Positions 12,467 through 24,284 of a stretch of 64,000 bases of DNA are shown here, piece after piece. The position numbers were made by a program, and so were the translations under genes. How positions within the stretch are numbered: the stretch's first letter is position 1; each line of letters begins with the position of its first letter. A model generated the notes under the pieces. That model ran no database searches, was not told the DNA's origin, and was given only the letters and a program-made list of their open reading frames with translations. The stretch comes from Patellaria atrata CBS 101060 (Eukaryota), in assembly GCA_010093705.1 (NCBI GenBank), contig MU006092.1, forward strand, positions 1,010,350 to 1,074,349, written 5' to 3'.

Positions 12467-13183
12467 ATGTCCCTCCCATCCAGCTCACGCATCCTGAGCT
12501 CTCTCCGCTCGTCAACTACCCATACACTCCGTAAAACCCTTCTTCGACATCTTTGCCGTCACCGCCCACGCCCTATTCCCCAGTCCTCCTACCGCACATA
12601 CGCATCACGGCCCCCTAAATCGCGTGATCGCGGTCCTCGTAGCTCGGAAGACACGCAAACCGACTTCGCTGCGCTGAACATCCTTGCCTCGACACCCGCA
12701 CCTACCACCGGTATTGACGCTTGTACAACAGATGGCTTCCATCTGGACAATAACCTCAAGATCACCGATAGCGGTGTGCTGCTTGTGGGTGGGGAAGCAT
12801 TCCGATGGCGGCCCTGGAGACGACGAGATGGGACTGAGAAGCTGCAAGCGGAGCAGGGGAAGGGATGGGAGGCGGATTCGGATGCGTGGGGATTGTTAGA
12901 TGTGGTGTGGCCGAAACCTGGTGAGTACTTCTTGAAGTTACAGGAGGCAGGATGGTGGTAAAGAGAGCTAATGAGGGTTATAGATTTACTGATTGTAGGA
13001 ACTGGGTCATCAATTCAGCCCGTATCCGCGGCCACGAGGAAGAGGATTAATGAGTTAGGTATACGGCTTGAGGTGGCGGATACGAGGAATGCGGCTGCAC
13101 AGTTCAATCTACTGGCAACTGAGCGGGGAGTACAACAGGTCGCTGCCGCATTGGTACCAATTGGATGGAAGGAGAAACAATAG
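12467..13183 (+). CDS. NDUFAF3: Mth938/DUF498-domain mitochondrial complex I assembly factor; intron 12921-12983
   Basis: Arg/Ser-rich presequence. Motifs WPKP|DLLIVGTG and DTRNAAAQFNLLATER. Confidence 0.85.
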
Positions 13184-13522
13184 ACTTAGGTCAATTGAGG
13201 AGATGAATGTATAAATATTGGTCACTGGGAAATTCGGAAAGAAGGTATCGGAGCACATCATGATTAGAAGCATGAATATGCATTGTACGGTTTCAGCTGA
13301 ACGATCCGTACAGCTCAGAAACAGCATCAAATACGGCACCAATTGAGCAGTCCGTACGGCTTAGAAACGGCTTCGAAGGAATTATACGTACAGTTCAGAT
13401 ATGGGGATCAGACACGGCATCAACTGAACGATCAGGACAACTCAGAACCCAGTTGGGGGGAAACTTGGCGACGGACGACAGCCAATTAACCTTGATCCCC
13501 AAATTATATAATGATTATCACC

Positions 13523-15666
13523 TTAATATCTCGCACCTCTTCTCACGGTTGCCGTTCCGACCTCTCCCTTAGCATGTAAAGTTGCTTCCTCCTCCCTTAC
13601 CCTCCTCAACTTTTTGTATCTTGGCTCCCACATCTGCTCCCGAATCCACTCCTCCAACTCCTCGTCCTCCTCGGGAATATCTTTCTCCTCATTCAACTCC
13701 TCCTTGACTGCATGACGAATCACGGCCTTCGCAAGTTGGACACTAATGTCACGAACCTGGGTGACATCCGGAAGCAGAGGTTTCGTAGGGTCTTTTAACG
13801 CCGGTGATTGGTCCGCAAGAGCCTTAGTAGCAGCAACGAGGAGAGATGGGGGAACAAGGCGGGCGCGAGAGAGGATCGCCCCTAATCCAATTCCAGGGAA
13901 GGTGGTAGAGTTGTTGCATTCAGCTGTACAGAAGATTGATCATTAGCAATCACTGTTTCAGATGTTCTGACCATACGTACCTATCTCAAACTTCTTCCCA
14001 TTATACTCCACAGCCGGAAATGGGCTTCCTGTGGCTACCAGCGCTTTTCCTTCTGACCAGTCGTATAGGTCCTGCGGCTTTGCTTCATGTAATTTTGTTG
14101 GATTACTGAGTGGGAAGATGATGGGACGCTCAACATGTTTACTCATTTCTCTTACGACTTCCTCGGTAAAGGCGCCGGGCTTGGTAGACGTTCCGATGAG
14201 AATGTGGGGCTTCACCTCCTTGATTATATCGAGGAGATAATTGTGGTCTTTACCTTCCCATTCAGATGCTTCTCGTGCATATGGTATTTGGGCAGGTGTA
14301 AGAGAATCTCTCTTCGATGAAAGAAGGAGACCGGGTTTATCAACACACCTTCCATCACATCAACCTTTGTGAACACTGGTAGATATATGAACAAAAAGGG
14401 AGGAGACACTTACCATATCTGTTTCCCAGCTTCCTCTTTTGATTTATCGGTATCCGTAGAAATTGCATCCTTAATGTGGTCTCCAATTCCCGTTCCAGCC
14501 GTTCCAGCGCCAAACAGAACGATTCGAACGTCTTCCCACTTCACCTTGCTGACTTGGAGGCCAGCCATAATTGCGGCTAACGTCACGCAACCTGTACCCT
14601 GGACGTCGTCGTTAAAGCAAGGGATTTCAGGGGTATACTTATCGAGGATACGCCTTGCGTTGTTCAAACCGAAATCTTCCTAAGGAATGTCAGCATGTGG
14701 AAGAGTCCACTCTAAATCTTCGACTCACAAAGTGAATGTACGCCTTAGGATAACGCTTCCTCGCGGCACGTACGAATTTCTCAACAAAAGAGTCGTACTC
14801 CTCGCCACGCACTCGTTCCATCTTCAGACCCAGATACAGTTCGTCATCTAAGAGATCTTTGTTCTGTATAAAGTTAGGCCGTTACTTTAAACCAACGAGG
14901 AGCTTGGAGGTGACTTACATTTGTTCCACAGTCTAAAACGACAGGTAGAGTTCTTGACGGATGGATCCCAGCGCATAAGGTATATATGACCAATTTCGCT
15001 ACGGAAATTAGTATCCCACCCACGCCTTGATCTCCTATTCCTAGAATCTGCTCTCCGTCACTGACAACGATGATGTCAATATCCTCGGGCTCGCCCCATT
15101 GGTCCAGATCTTCATCAACGCGATCTTGATCCTTAGTGTTCAGAAAACAACCCTCAGGTCTCCTGAATAGTCGAGAGAAGTTCGCGATAGCATCTCCCTC
15201 CGTTGGTGTGTAAATCACGGAAAACATTTCCTTCAGATGGTCTTCCACAAGCTAAGAGAATGGGTCAGTATGAACCAAATATAACGGTGGAGTTTTTCAT
15301 CATTAACCTTATAGTACAACACAGTATTCTGCTCCTTCATGCTCGACATGAATGTATTCTTGGCCAGGTCATTAGAACGACTACAATATTGGTCGTACGC
15401 CCTTGCGACCTGCTCATCTAGAGTTTGCACATTTGGTGGAAGAAGACTATGGAGCTTGAACTCTGCTCTCTCCTCCGCAGTGAACGCGGACCCCTTATTG
15501 AAGTACGGCGACCTTAAGAGCGCGGCTCCCTACACCACTTTATGAGAAAGGGCCCCATAATTTTTGAAGTCACGCTCACAGTCAAAGCACAATCTTGAGG
15601 TCCTGATGTTGCTAGCGGTAGGTGTCCGAATTTAGGATGCTTCTCGTCTTTTGAGTTTGATGCCAT
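13523..15666 (-). CDS. Malic enzyme (NAD-type signature), multi-exon
   Basis: YTPTEGDAI, VVSDGEQILGIGDQG, FNDDVQGTG, FGAGTAGTG, PIIFPLSNPT. ATG at 15666 (MASNSKDEKHPKFGHLPL). Confidence 0.92.
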
Positions 15667-16163
15667 CGTGCTGCACACAACAGCTAACGGAACGAATTGG
15701 GCACTGATATGACCTTAGGTGATCATAAACCAATCTTGATATCAAGACCTCTTCACAAAATTGTCTACTCCGTTCAAATATGTCAGTAAAGCTTAGATAA
15801 AGCTTAGGCTATAGCCTAAGACACTATCTTAACGATATGCCTTATCGGAGATTCCGTATCATTAAAGAATCTTAGTCGCGAATCTGCTTTAGAACATTCC
15901 GTAGATGCTTACTGCATAAGATGTACACTGGGAAAACCAATCTGACTACCGACTGTTGACAAGAGAAAGTTGCTGAGAGTTGTGAAAACCTTTGAGGGCT
16001 CCCGAGGAACACCTTGGAAGATGGTGGAGCGGAACGCCGGGGCGAGATGATGATAGAACTAGTGGGGTAGCTTTACCTCCCGGAATGTCATTCATGAGTA
16101 ACTCTCCATCAAAATTTTATAGATGCTAGTTCAGCGGCTATAGCTTCGACAGTCCCAGCAAAT

Positions 16164-16913
16164 GTGACCGCAAAAGATTCGAAAGTTTCGAAATATAGCA
16201 AACACTTCATACCGTTAAAATCCAACCCGGATGTCTTCAGGAGTCTCATCCACTCACTGGGTGCTTCACCATCACTTAATTTCCAAGATATCTACTCTAT
16301 CATCGATGAGGATCTACTTGCTATCATCCCGCATCCTGTGCTCGCTCTAGTTTTGGTGTTCCCTACCACAGAGACCTATGAAGAAGCTAAAACAGCTAAT
16401 GAAGCAAGCAGAAAAGAGTACGCTGGGAAAACAGAAAACGGAGATGAAGACGTTGTGTGGTATAAACAAACGATCAACAATGCATGCGGGCTCTACGTGA
16501 TACTTCATGCTGTCTCTAATGGCCCGGCTAGAACAAGTGTACTACCGCAATCCACATTAGATCAGATCGTGAGAACGGCCGAATCACTTGATACCGGAAC
16601 TACTGCGAAGTTTCTGGTGGAAAGTCAAGAGCTTGAGAATGCATATACTGCTGTTGCGCGTCAAGGTGATACCCAAGCTCCTGATGACCCCGAGGATGAA
16701 GTTGATTATCACTATATCTGTTTCGATAAGGGGGGTACTACTGGACGGCTGTATGAACTCGACGGGGAGAGGAAAGGCCCCATAGACCATGGCTCATTGG
16801 CACCCGACGAAGATTTGCCTTCAGAAGCTGCATTAAGACCTGTAAAGGAATATATCGAGCGTGAAAAGGATAGCAATATTAGGTTCAGTCTTATGGCACT
16901 GGTTCAGGAATAA
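16164..16913 (+). CDS. Ubiquitin C-terminal hydrolase (peptidase C12, YUH1/UCH-L3-like), intronless, no in-frame ATG; possible pseudogene
   Basis: QTINNACG, HYICF, LYELDG and FSLMAL present. The frame is closed upstream by TGA at 16095 with no ATG before the domain. Confidence 0.75.
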   Translation: MTAKDSKVSKYSKHFIPLKSNPDVFRSLIHSLGASPSLNFQDIYSIIDEDLLAIIPHPVLALVLVFPTTETYEEAKTANEASRKEYAGKTENGDEDVVWYKQTINNACGLYVILHAVSNGPARTSVLPQSTLDQIVRTAESLDTGTTAKFLVESQELENAYTAVARQGDTQAPDDPEDEVDYHYICFDKGGTTGRLYELDGERKGPIDHGSLAPDEDLPSEAALRPVKEYIEREKDSNIRFSLMALVQE

Positions 16914-18191
16914 ACGATGCGCTAATTGGAATATTATTTCTCAGAACTCTGTATAACCAAGGGACTCAAGTCTTTTAAACTGACAGGAACTATTGTGAAG
17001 CATGGGCTGTTTTGAATGGCGGTCTAATGTATACAAGAACCAAATTATAATGCAATGACTCGTATAGCATATCAGCCCCAAGGCCGAACCATGGAAAAGG
17101 ACATTAACAGAACCAAAGAGTGAGTTGCTACGTTCTACGATGCGAGAGAAAAATGAAAATTTGCCTATTTGAGCAGCTTGCAGCTTTAGAACCGCTGAAT
17201 ACACTCTCCTTCGTTTCCCCAAATCATTCGGGCTAAGACAACGGTACGTACCTATACAATTCAATAATCCTAAAAGAAGACTAGCAACATATGAACCCTT
17301 GCGAATATGGAAATAGAAATGTTGGAACGCTTGGAGTCACACTCTCTATAGTTACTCTAATGAGCAAGAGTGAGTGAGAACTATGATGATCCTTAATTGC
17401 TCTTGCAATTTTCCCCTTCGCACATAATGTACGAAGACGATATCCCAGCCCACGGCCATCACAAACACAAGACGTGAAATATGACAGCCGCGCTTCGAAG
17501 AAGAGCTTATGGTTTCCCAATAGGGGTAAGTGGCCGGTTAATCAATTGCGTTTGGTATATGTAGTCGATTGATAGATGACTTTTGATGGTTGGAGAATGA
17601 AACAGCTGAAATATTAGGGAAGCTGCTGCATAAAACTCATCTAGTGAGATTCCTTTGGGTGCTGTACAACTTATAGCATCCTATTGTCTATATTATGACC
17701 CACAGTATCGATACAAAGGGTATCCCATGCATTTGCTGAGTCAGGAGATGGCACCTTTCTCCTTATCAATTCGTCGATGACGATGGTACTGTAAATTTAG
17801 AAACAGATGGCTTTCAAATTGATGAGTGCGCATTAAGGTAGGGGACATCATGGGATCGAAATAGGGGAAGAGGGAGTGGTGTCGGGTCGAAGATGAGACG
17901 TGAAGGTTTTCGCAAATTTCTTTAGAACTATCCTAGTTCTATTTAGGCTAGCATATCTCTTAATCAAACCTCCCTGCTATTACCCGAGATGGAACCACGG
18001 CTTCGGGGCGGATCTACGTCACGTTAACAGAGCTGATTAAATAATCGGCATTAACACATGTCTACATCACCATGCTTTCCTCTCGTGATAGAGATATCAA
18101 TTGAGATGCATCGACTGATGTATTCAACCTTTTACTACTCATTTATCGCATATCATCTCTTTCACCCACCTTGAATCCTCACTAATACACA

Positions 18192-19900
18192 ATGTCATCC
18201 TCTGTTAACATCAACAAGGTAAATCAGCTTAATCGATAACCTAACATAGTGAAATATCTGATTTCCAAACAGCTTGCCATGATTGGCTGCGGCAGTATGG
18301 GAGGAGGGATGACTCTCCTCTTTGCTGAACACGGTATCCATGTATCATTGCAAGATCCGTCTGAAGATGCAATGGACAATGTCATCAAAACAGCAAAAGA
18401 TGCAGGCGTTGAAAAATACGTCTCAAGATTTAACGGTACGTACCACGGTCTGACCTCTATACTCTTGTCATTTCTGACATTATTAGATTACGAATCCCTA
18501 TGCAAGTCACTTGGAACGCCCAAAGTTCTCGTGTTCAGTCTTCCACATGGAAGTGTAGGCGATACGGTTCTAAGCGGGCTTCTACCATATCTCGACAAGA
18601 ACGACATCATAATTGACGGAGCAAATGAACATTGGACGAATACTGAGAGACGACAAGGCACTTGTTATACGAAAGGGATACGATATATCGGGATGGGTGT
18701 CTCTGGAGGCTACCAATCCGCAAGAGAAGGCCCATCGATGTGTCCCGGCGGAGATGATGAGAGTCTTGATATCGTACTTCCACTCCTTCGAAAAGTTGCA
18801 GCGAAAGATAAGAAAGGAAACCCGTGTGTGGGTAAAGTAGGCACAGGAGGTTCTGGACATTATGTCAAGATGGTTCATAATGGCATAGAACATGGGATGA
18901 TGAGCGCCATTTCAGAAGCTTGGCAGATGATGAACGTTGGCTTAGGTATGGACTATGATGATATAGGTAACGTACTTGATAGTTGGAACAAGGACGGACC
19001 GCTGGTAAGTCTTAGCGTATGCTCTCAAAGAGCAGGAATTCTATCTTCTAACTCTAGATCAAGCGTGGGACATTTTTGATTGATATTGGAGCACAAATTT
19101 GTCGCACTAAAGACGAAAGCGGCACCAAAGTGCTTGGTACCGTACAAGATAAGGTTGTTCAAGATGTGACAGGAGAAGAAGGAACCGGGATCTGGTCAAA
19201 TGATGAAGCGGTTATGCATCATGTTCCGGCACCTACTCTTGTGGTCGCTCACGATATACGACTAGCCTCCTCTGACCGAAATCTACGTATCCGATCGAAT
19301 GAAACAATGCAAGCAGATTTCCCTCCTAAGAAACTTCGCGGCGAAACCGACAAGTCTACCTTTATTAAAGCCCTTGAACAAGCTGTCTACATTGCGTGCC
19401 TGGTTTCTTTTGTACAAGGCATCAACGTCATAGACCAGGCCAATCAAGACAACAAATGGAATATTGACTATAAAGCGGTGTTACAAATCTGGAGAGCAGG
19501 ATGCATTATCCAGGCCGATCATATTGCAGAATTGCTCGAGCCAATCTTCGACAGATATAAAGACATGGACAGTATGAATCTTTTCTTTGAAAGGTCCATC
19601 GCGAAAGAGATCAAAGACGGAATGCCATCCCTACGTCGGGTAGTACTGTCCGCCACCGAAGGGGATCATATCGTTCCTGCATTGAGTGGTAGCTTGGAGT
19701 ATGTTAAATACCAAACAAATACAGGTAGGTATCGGATCGTCGTAATTGTATACACTTTGCTCATATCCCTAGATCTACCAACCCAGTTCTACGAGGCCGA
19801 ATTAGACTTCTTTGGGGCGCATATGTATGATATTAAGGGTGAGAAGGGCACAGGTGCACCATCCGAAGGAAAACATCATTTCGAGTGGAAACCTGCGTAA
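18192..19900 (+). CDS. 6-phosphogluconate dehydrogenase, decarboxylating (divergent paralogue), 4 introns
   Basis: GCGSMG, GMGVSGG, GHYVKMVHNGIEHG, IWRAGCII, DFFGAH. ATG at 18192; first intron 18219-18272. Confidence 0.92.
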
Positions 19901-21036
19901 GTTATCAACTGTCCAAACGAAATTTCAGATTACCTGACAACGAAGTAGCAAGAGTTCAAAATCGTAGTTCGCGGTATTTACAGCGGTATATGAGAATAAA
20001 ATCCACACTTCAAGGATATTACAAAAACGCACAGTACGACAACTCACTTTCTTTTCCGATAAGAAGCGAAATAAGGTGCAAGTGTTTTAATTCCATCGAA
20101 GAATTGAAAGGTAGGACGGAAAATGTAGAATCGATTGGCTCAGGGGCCAAACACCAATTCAGGTAATTCACTCGCCTTTACTGCTTCTTTATATGCATAC
20201 GTACGTATCGCTTCATTCTGTAGGATTGAATGTAAAGAGCATTAATCCACAGGCTTGTCACCGAGTGCAGGAAGTTACATGCTCACTTCGTAGGAACACC
20301 TTGTCCGCATACCGTGCGTAAGCAAGAGGATCGATAGAGAGTGCAGAATATAGACATGGAACACATAGATCAACTATCTGATACAGTATTTGGCACCAAA
20401 GGAGAGTTTCCAACAGCAACGTTTAAACGTTTGCCAGGGATTCGTAAGATGCAGGATTATCTTTGACCGCTATTCGTCTCAAAGTTGGAGTGAAAGGCTG
20501 AAAAAGTAGGAGTAGAAACAAGTTAAGTTGGATGGCTTACATGCGCTGGAAGTAAATGCAAGCCTCAACTTCTATGCATGGAAACATATTGAAGGAATCA
20601 TTGACGACATGAATTGGACAGATATGATCGTTGTGGCCGTTGCGGGCGTTACGGCTGAGAGAAAGTGCCAAGGTCGTCGAGCTTACGTCCGTAAGGTACT
20701 TCTTGCTTCTCACTATCGCGCCCTCTCCTCCGTGCCTACAGTACCTTACATCCGTTACTTGCGTATGCACCTGAATTATCATCCGTTGTAGAATATGAAG
20801 CACGTAAGTCCATTGAGGCTGTAACAAAGCCCTTTACATACTTAAATCTGCAAAGCCTTAAAGGTAAGCACTTTCTATTCACTCCTCAGTCAGCAACATC
20901 TTGAACATAGCATATCAGAACAGTCTTTCTTCTTCGTTTAGAAAAGGAGACATTTTACCTCTAGTTCTACTATCTCTCGTATTTTCCATCTGTTTCCTTA
21001 GAGTCATTAAGAAGTAAAACAACAACCATAAGCACC

Positions 21037-21966
21037 ATGTCTTTCTCCCTCCTCCTCCCGCGAGTGGACCTCGAGTGCACCAAAGACACCTGCGACGCTA
21101 TCGAATCTATCATCGGCTACGCTCCCTCCCTAGCCGCTTCGGTCATCTTCACCACCCTCTTCGCCCTCATGACCATCGCTCTCACAATCCAAGGCATCCT
21201 AACCCGCACGCCCTCCTTCACCATCGCGATGACCCTCGGTTGCATCTGCGAAGCAATCGGCTACGCCGGCCGCATAATCCTGCACTCCGACCCCTTCCAC
21301 GACGCCGGCTTCAAGCTGCAAGTCGTGCTCCTCACCTTCGCGCCCGCCTTCCTCGCCGCAGGCCTCTACCTCTGCCTCAAGCACCTCGTCATCATCTTCG
21401 GGGCCGAGTTCTCCCGCATCAAGCCGGCCTGGTACACCTACCTCTTCATCTCGTGCGACGTCTTCTCCATCGCGCTCCAAGGCGCCGGCGGCGGGTTAGC
21501 CTCCGCGGCCGACGAACCCGGCTCTCTACTCGACGCGGGCAATAATCTCATGATGGCCGGTCTGGCGTTTCAGGTCTTCACGCTCACTGTCTTCGCTGCT
21601 ATGTGCGCTGAGTACGGGCTCCGCGTGTACCGCAACCGGCACGGGCTGAACCCCGCCACCGAGGAGCTGCGTCGCAGCGTCAAGTTCAGGGGTTTCTTGG
21701 CTGCGCTTGTGGTTAGTTATCTCGCTATTCAGATTAGGTGTACCTATCGTATTGCGGAGATGAGCGGGGGGTGGGGCAGCGAGATCATGAGGGACGAGCC
21801 GTTGTTTGTGGGACTTGATAGCGTCATGTGTGTGCTTGCCGTTGCGGTCCTAGTTGTGTTTAATCCGGGGTACTGTTTTAGGTATCAGAGTTTCGGGCGG
21901 AAGGAGGAGGGTGAGAAGGGGGTTGTTGGTGGGGACAGTGAGAGTGAGATGGCTGGGAGGGTATGA
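21037..21966 (+). CDS. RTA1/RSB1-family lipid-translocating exporter, intronless
   Basis: GYAPSLAAS, EAIGYAGR, APAFLAAGLY, FISCDVFSIALQGAGGG, IRCTYRIAEMSGGW. Confidence 0.92.
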   Translation: MSFSLLLPRVDLECTKDTCDAIESIIGYAPSLAASVIFTTLFALMTIALTIQGILTRTPSFTIAMTLGCICEAIGYAGRIILHSDPFHDAGFKLQVVLLTFAPAFLAAGLYLCLKHLVIIFGAEFSRIKPAWYTYLFISCDVFSIALQGAGGGLASAADEPGSLLDAGNNLMMAGLAFQVFTLTVFAAMCAEYGLRVYRNRHGLNPATEELRRSVKFRGFLAALVVSYLAIQIRCTYRIAEMSGGWGSEIMRDEPLFVGLDSVMCVLAVAVLVVFNPGYCFRYQSFGRKEEGEKGVVGGDSESEMAGRV

Positions 21967-22142
21967 AGGGGGAAGTATCGGGCTGAGTTATAGACTTAGG
22001 TATTAGATGGCATGGGCGTGGCGTAACTTGTCCGTACAGTGCCGGTTCGGTTTTCAGAGCGATTAGCGTTTTGCGATTATCATCGGAATCATAAGCTTTG
22101 CTTTAGACCTTAATTACGTCCCTTTTCCCTCGCATCCTGACT

Positions 22143-23499
22143 TTAAGACCCCCTCAAAGCCATCAATCCTAAAACAACACCCTCAATCTCCCTTCTTTCC
22201 CTCTCCCTCTCCTCCTCTACCCCATTTCCCCCATTCATCTCTATCTTCCCCTTCCCCTTTCCCATACCACCGACCTTATAAACCTTCCTCACCCTCCCCA
22301 GGTCCGTAAACCTCGTCAACGCCTTGTCGGTAAAGGGGATCGGTGTTCCCTCTACTGCAGCGAGGAGGTGGGACGATATGGTGTTTGGGGAAAGGGAGTT
22401 TGATGGGGCTTCTTGCGGTGGGGTTTGGGTGATGGTGTTGGAGGGGTTGGAAGGGATAGAAGGGATTTTGATGGCGATGAGGGAGGTTGTTGTTGGCGTG
22501 AGGCCGAAGTATCGGAAGGAGTCGACGATCTGGTGTTTTCAGTTCGTGTAGGAAGAATGGGTGAGTGGGTGGAAAGACTGTTGGGACGGGAATAGGAGAA
22601 AGAGTTGGTGATGGAGGGATATGAAAGGGGTATGTAACCCAATGTAGTGGAGTAGAGATAGATGGGCACTCACGTTATTATTCCCACTCAAACAGAACAC
22701 AACTTCCGAATGCACATTCCGGCTCTTTAACCTCCCGTATCTGGCGTCATTCATGGCGCGGAAGACAGCGGCTAGGACGTGTCTGGTCGATAAGATCTAT
22801 GTACTCACTGTATTAGCTATTAGTTCTGGTACATACTGGTGATGCGAAAGAGGTTGCGCGGTTGATGGTATGAGGGTAGTGGGCTTTGGTATGGAAATAT
22901 CTGTGTAGCACTCCTTGGACTTGAATGTCGAAATGCGCGCAGATTCCTGGGTTGTCCGAGTTTGGATGCTCTGGTGGGCGGGGTAAATGGCTGTGAGATG
23001 TATGTTGGAGAAGTGGTGCCTGAAGGACTTAGGGTTAATATGCTCCGTATTGAACATTTCCTTGCGGGGAGTTTTCCTATGTAGATAGGGGACGCACGAG
23101 CTTCTATACAAGAAAGAGAAGAGACCATCGTTTCTGCTTTTGATATCTGAAGGGGTATAGGAGTCCTCCATGCTCCTATATTTCCCCGATAACAATAGAA
23201 GAGAGAGAAATCCTATATTAAACCACAAAGCCAAAAAGCGAATCCAAAGCAGCAACCAACAACAAACTATCACAGAAATCCGAACTCCCCTAAAGCAAGA
23301 AAAAATACAAAAATAAAAGAATAACAACAAAAAACCGCACACTCACCGTGGCACAGTCCAAAAACGCATACTCAAACTCCCTGTTTCCCTCGATGAGCTG
23401 CTGTCGCAGAAACGCCGCGTTCCTGACGTCTTTGAAAGCGGCAACGTGAACTGGGACGTCCGGTAGGTGTGGCAGATGGAGTGTTGTTAGGTTTGCCAT
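22143..23499 (-). CDS. CGI121: KEOPS complex subunit Cgi121; exons 23499-23347, 22796-22674, 22529-22143
   Basis: [14 protein letters not shown]...[47 protein letters not shown]. Confidence 0.88.
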
Positions 23500-24284
23500 G
23501 TTGAGACCGGTTGGGAGTTTTTGATTTTGTTTGATGGTGCCGGGGGGGTTTCCTTAGGAATCAAATTCGATAATGTTCTATGTCACGTCTGTTTCTATTG
23601 ATGGCTTTTTTTTTTGGGGGGGGGGGGGGGGGGAAACTTTGTTATACGAATATTCGAATTCTGAAGGTAGACTGAGATGGAGTGGAGGTCGTTGATGGGA
23701 CTTGGCGCTGGGGGTCAGCATCTCAACATCACACAACGACGAAGAAAAAAGCTACCCATAAGATATCTATATGCATAGAGGGAAATCACAAGGCAGTAGA
23801 CAGTTGTTAAGATCCCGCGGGATAGGTCAGATCGTTCCGAAACTAGAATATTACTTCTGTATTCCTATTTCCGAAATAAACTTATGCTCCTATACTAGAA
23901 ACTAGCAACTACCTACGACAGCTACGACTCTGGGTAAACGAAGATAAACGTAAGCTATCGAAAACCTATAAACATAGAAAAGTTTAAACACGACCAATTC
24001 CCTAAAGGCTCGCAGCCGAAGAAGATGTCCCTACAGTACACCGAGAAGGCCCCTGAATATGAACACTTATCTAAATATATGGACGAGAAAAGCCGAACAT
24101 CCCACTTGAATCGCGAAAGGTAATGTTCAGTCATACTCAAACGCACCGAAGCCAGGTAGAGGCTCAGAATTACGTTTAAGAATATTTTTCTTGGTTGATC
24201 ATGACGCCTTCAAACTCCATCTCCCAAGTCTGTACCTTCAACTCCGAATGTTGAAAGATTAGTGATTATACGCATTGGTGAGCT

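Noticed and set aside
21075..22669. Alternative-frame ORFs over the RTA1-like gene and CGI121
   Set aside because: By-products of GC-biased codon usage in the real genes.
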